From: an uncultured Chloroflexia bacterium
GTDB taxonomy: Bacteria > Chloroflexota > Limnocylindria > Limnocylindrales > CSP1-4
Length of the DNA: 64,000 nucleotides
Reading direction: 5' to 3'
Assembly: GCA_963707215.1 (NCBI GenBank)
Contig: CAVPPB010000003.1
Location: 352,001-416,000 of the forward strand
The notes beneath the pieces were generated by a model. It was not told the origin of the DNA and did no database searches. It saw only the letters and a program-made list of their open reading frames with translations. Position 1 is the stretch's first letter. Every line of letters begins with the position of its first letter. Both the position numbers and the translations under genes were made by a program. Below are positions 61,249 to 64,000 of this stretch, one piece after another.

Positions 61249-62625
61249 GTGACGACCGCCGATCCCGCCTACCGCAGCCTGGACCGCGAGCGTCTCGAGG
61301 AGCTGATGGCCCGCGAGCTCGCGGCCTTCGATGCCGCCAACCCGCGCTCCAGGGCCCTCTGGGAGCGGGCCAAGGGCTCGCTGCTGGCCGGCGTGCCGAT
61401 GAACTGGATGGTCAAGTGGGCCGGCGGCTTCCCCTTGTTCGTCGAGACCGCATCCGGCGCGCGGTTCACCGACGTCGACGGGCACGAGTACGTCGACCTC
61501 TGCCTGGGCGACACGGGCTCGATGACCGGCCACGGGCCGGCGGCGACGATCGGGGCCGTCGAGGCGCAGCTGCCCCGCGGCATCACCCACATGCTGCCGA
61601 CCGAGGACGCGATCGCCGTCGGCGAAGAGCTCCAGCGGCGGTTCGGGCTCCAGTGGTGGCAGTTCACCCTCTCGGCGACGGATGCCAACCGGTTCGCGAT
61701 CCGGCTGGCCCGGATGATCACCGGCCGGCCCAAGGTCCTCTTCCACGAGCTTTGCTACCACGGCTCGGTCGACGAGTCGTTCGCCTGGCTCGACGACGCG
61801 GGCAGGGTCGTCCCGCGGCGGGGCAACATCGGCCCGGGCGTCGACCCGGCGGTCACCACCCGGATCGTGCCGTTCAACGACCTCGAGGCGCTCGAGCGGG
61901 AGCTGGCCCACGGTGACGTCGCGGTGGCGGTCATGGAGCCGGCCCTGACGAACGTCGGCATCGTCCTGCCGGACCCCGACTACCACGCCGGCGTCCGCGA
62001 GCTGACCCGTCGCTACGGCACGCTCCTCCTCATCGACGAGACGCACACGATCTGCGCCGGTCCGGGCGGCTACACGCGGGCCTTCGGACTGGATCCCGAC
62101 CTGCTCGTCATCGGCAAGTCGATCGGCGGCGGCGTGCCGTGCGGGACCTACGGCTTCACCCGCGAGATCGGCGATCGGATCACCGAGATGATCGAGTGGG
62201 AGGACCAGGACGTCGGCGGCGTCGGCGGGACCCTGGCCGGCTACGCGCTGTCGATGGCCGCGATGCGGGCCACCCTGGCCGAGGTCCTGACCGAGGAGGC
62301 CTTCGCCCGGATGATCCCCCTGGCGGAGCGCTGGGCCGCGGGCGTGGACGAGGTCCTGCGCTCCCGACGGATCCCCTGGCACGTGACCCGCCTGGGCGCC
62401 CGAGCCGAGTACCACTTCATGCCCGAGCTGCCGCGCGACGGCCGCGATCAGTGGGACAACGGCGACGCCGAGCTGGAGCGCTTCCTCCACCTGTACGCGA
62501 TGAACCGGGGCATCCTAATGACCCCGTTCCACAACATGGCCCTGATGAGCCCGGCGACGACCGAGGCCGACGTCGACCGCCACACCGAGGTCTTCGCCAG
62601 CGCGGTGGACGAGCTCTTCGGCTGA
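61249..62625 (+). CDS. Class III aminotransferase (glutamate-1-semialdehyde aminomutase-like)
   Basis: GVPMNWM, YVDLCLGDTG, SATDANRF, LIDETHT, GKSIGGG. Confidence 0.88.
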   Translation: MTTADPAYRSLDRERLEELMARELAAFDAANPRSRALWERAKGSLLAGVPMNWMVKWAGGFPLFVETASGARFTDVDGHEYVDLCLGDTGSMTGHGPAATIGAVEAQLPRGITHMLPTEDAIAVGEELQRRFGLQWWQFTLSATDANRFAIRLARMITGRPKVLFHELCYHGSVDESFAWLDDAGRVVPRRGNIGPGVDPAVTTRIVPFNDLEALERELAHGDVAVAVMEPALTNVGIVLPDPDYHAGVRELTRRYGTLLLIDETHTICAGPGGYTRAFGLDPDLLVIGKSIGGGVPCGTYGFTREIGDRITEMIEWEDQDVGGVGGTLAGYALSMAAMRATLAEVLTEEAFARMIPLAERWAAGVDEVLRSRRIPWHVTRLGARAEYHFMPELPRDGRDQWDNGDAELERFLHLYAMNRGILMTPFHNMALMSPATTEADVDRHTEVFASAVDELFG

Positions 62626-62690
62626 GCCCGAGCGGGCCCGGGTCCGGACGGCGGTGCGCGTCAGCCGGGTCCGGCCGGGGACCCGGACCG

Positions 62691-63551
62691 CTACCGCGGG
62701 TAGGCGTGGAAGCCGCGTCCGGTCTTCTGGCCCAGGTCGCCGGCGGCGACGAGCTCCACGAGAACGGCTGGCGGGCGGAACTGCTCCTGCCCGAGGCCCT
62801 CGTGGAGGACCCGCAGGATGTCGAGGCAGACGTCGAGGCCGATGAAGTCGGCCAGCTCCAGCGGCCCCATCGGGTGGTTGAGCCCGACCTTGGCGCCGGT
62901 GTCGATGTCCTCGGCCGTCCCGACGCCCTCCTCGTAGGCCCGCATCGCCTCGGCCAGGAGCGGCATCAGGGTCCGGTTGACGATGAACCCCGGGCGGTCG
63001 GCGCTGACGATGACCTGCTTCTTGAGATCGCCGGCGACCTCGCGGATGGCGACTTCCGTCTCGTCGGATGTCGTGGCCCCGCGGATCAGCTCGATCAACG
63101 GCATGACCGGGACGGGGCTGAAGAAGTGCATGCCGACGAACCGGGTCCGCCGGTCCTCGCCGACGGCCTCGGCCAGCCGGTCGATGGAGATGGAGCTGGT
63201 GTTGGTAGCGAAGACTGCCCGCGGCGGGGCGATCTGATCGAGCTCGGCCCAGAGCGTCGACTTCACGTCGACGTCCTCGAAGACCGCCTCGACGACCAGG
63301 TCGGCCGTGGCGACCGCCGCCATGTCGTCGGTCGTCGAGACGCGCTCGATGGCCTGGCCGGCGGCCTCCTCGTCGAGGCGGCCCTTGGCGACCGCGCGCG
63401 CCAGGTTCGCCGCGATCCGCTCGCGACCGGCCGTCGCCCGGGCGTGGTCCGGCTCGTAGAGGATCACCGTGCGACCGGCGGTCGCGAGGACCTGGGCGAT
63501 GCCGTGACCCATCAGCCCCGCCCCCGCCACGAAGACGCGCTCGATCCTCAT
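62691..63551 (-). CDS. 3-hydroxybutyryl-CoA dehydrogenase
   Basis: GAGLMGHGIAQ, VEAVFE, ATNTSSISI, GMHFFSP, PGFIVNR, HPMGPL, GQKTGRGF. Confidence 0.93.
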   Translation of the reverse strand: MRIERVFVAGAGLMGHGIAQVLATAGRTVILYEPDHARATAGRERIAANLARAVAKGRLDEEAAGQAIERVSTTDDMAAVATADLVVEAVFEDVDVKSTLWAELDQIAPPRAVFATNTSSISIDRLAEAVGEDRRTRFVGMHFFSPVPVMPLIELIRGATTSDETEVAIREVAGDLKKQVIVSADRPGFIVNRTLMPLLAEAMRAYEEGVGTAEDIDTGAKVGLNHPMGPLELADFIGLDVCLDILRVLHEGLGQEQFRPPAVLVELVAAGDLGQKTGRGFHAYPR

Positions 63552-64000
63552 CGGTCCTCCTCCCGGGCAAGGGTAGCGAGCAGCTCGTCGGCCGCGCTGT
63601 ACGGGTCCGTCTCGTGGGCCGCGACCGCCGCGAGGATGCGGTCGGCGCCGTCCCGTCGGCCGGGCGCCGCCAGCCGCTCGCGCAGCCGCTCCACGACGAT
63701 CCCCCAGACCTGGTGCTCGGCCCGGGCCAGCCGGGCCGACCCGTCGACCGAGCGGTGCGACCTCCCGATGGCGGTCGAGGGCCACCAGCAGCTCCGGGAC
63801 GCCGTCACCGGTCGCGGCCGTGGTCAGCAGCACCTCGGGACGCTTCGGGCGTGGCCGCGGCCGTCGGCCGGGTCGGTGGGGCGCCGCCATGGACAGCATC
63901 GCCCGCAGCTGGCTGGCCGTTCGCTGCGCGCCCGGGCGGTCGCCCTTGTTGACGACGACGAGGTCGGCCACCTCGAGCAGCCCGGCCTTGATCGCCTGGA
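63548..64000 (-). CDS. meaB: MeaB/ArgK GTPase, 3' part (runs off the right edge; frameshift near 63755)
   Basis: QAIKAGLLEVADLVVVNKGDRPGA, TTAATGDGVPEL, C-terminal DPYSAADELL in another frame. Confidence 0.8.

Overview
Very GC-rich bacterial chromosomal segment. Gene content and style suggest a Chloroflexota/Actinomycetota-like organism (inference). Most of it is housekeeping or metabolic: a form-II cox-like molybdo-flavoprotein cluster (coxS-L-M, a Mo-binding protein, coxD, coxE), two adenylate/guanylate cyclases, three ECF sigma factors, an SRAP, an M16 peptidase pair, an ArsR regulator with a visible operator, heavily frameshifted carAB preceded by a tandem PyrR-type leader, a radical SAM pair and fatty-acid/CoA genes. 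The unusual part is about 42.2-49.2 kb, an island at the 3' end of tRNA-Lys(CTT). It holds a frameshifted tyrosine integrase, a Prim-Pol fragment and six co-oriented copies of a GC-rich repeat (26-bp core; about 80-86-bp imperfect palindrome when complete). Each gap between copies contains one unrelated membrane or secreted gene. This resembles an integron cassette array, but there are no clear attC boxes and no IntI-type integrase. All calls come from motif reading; no database searches were run.
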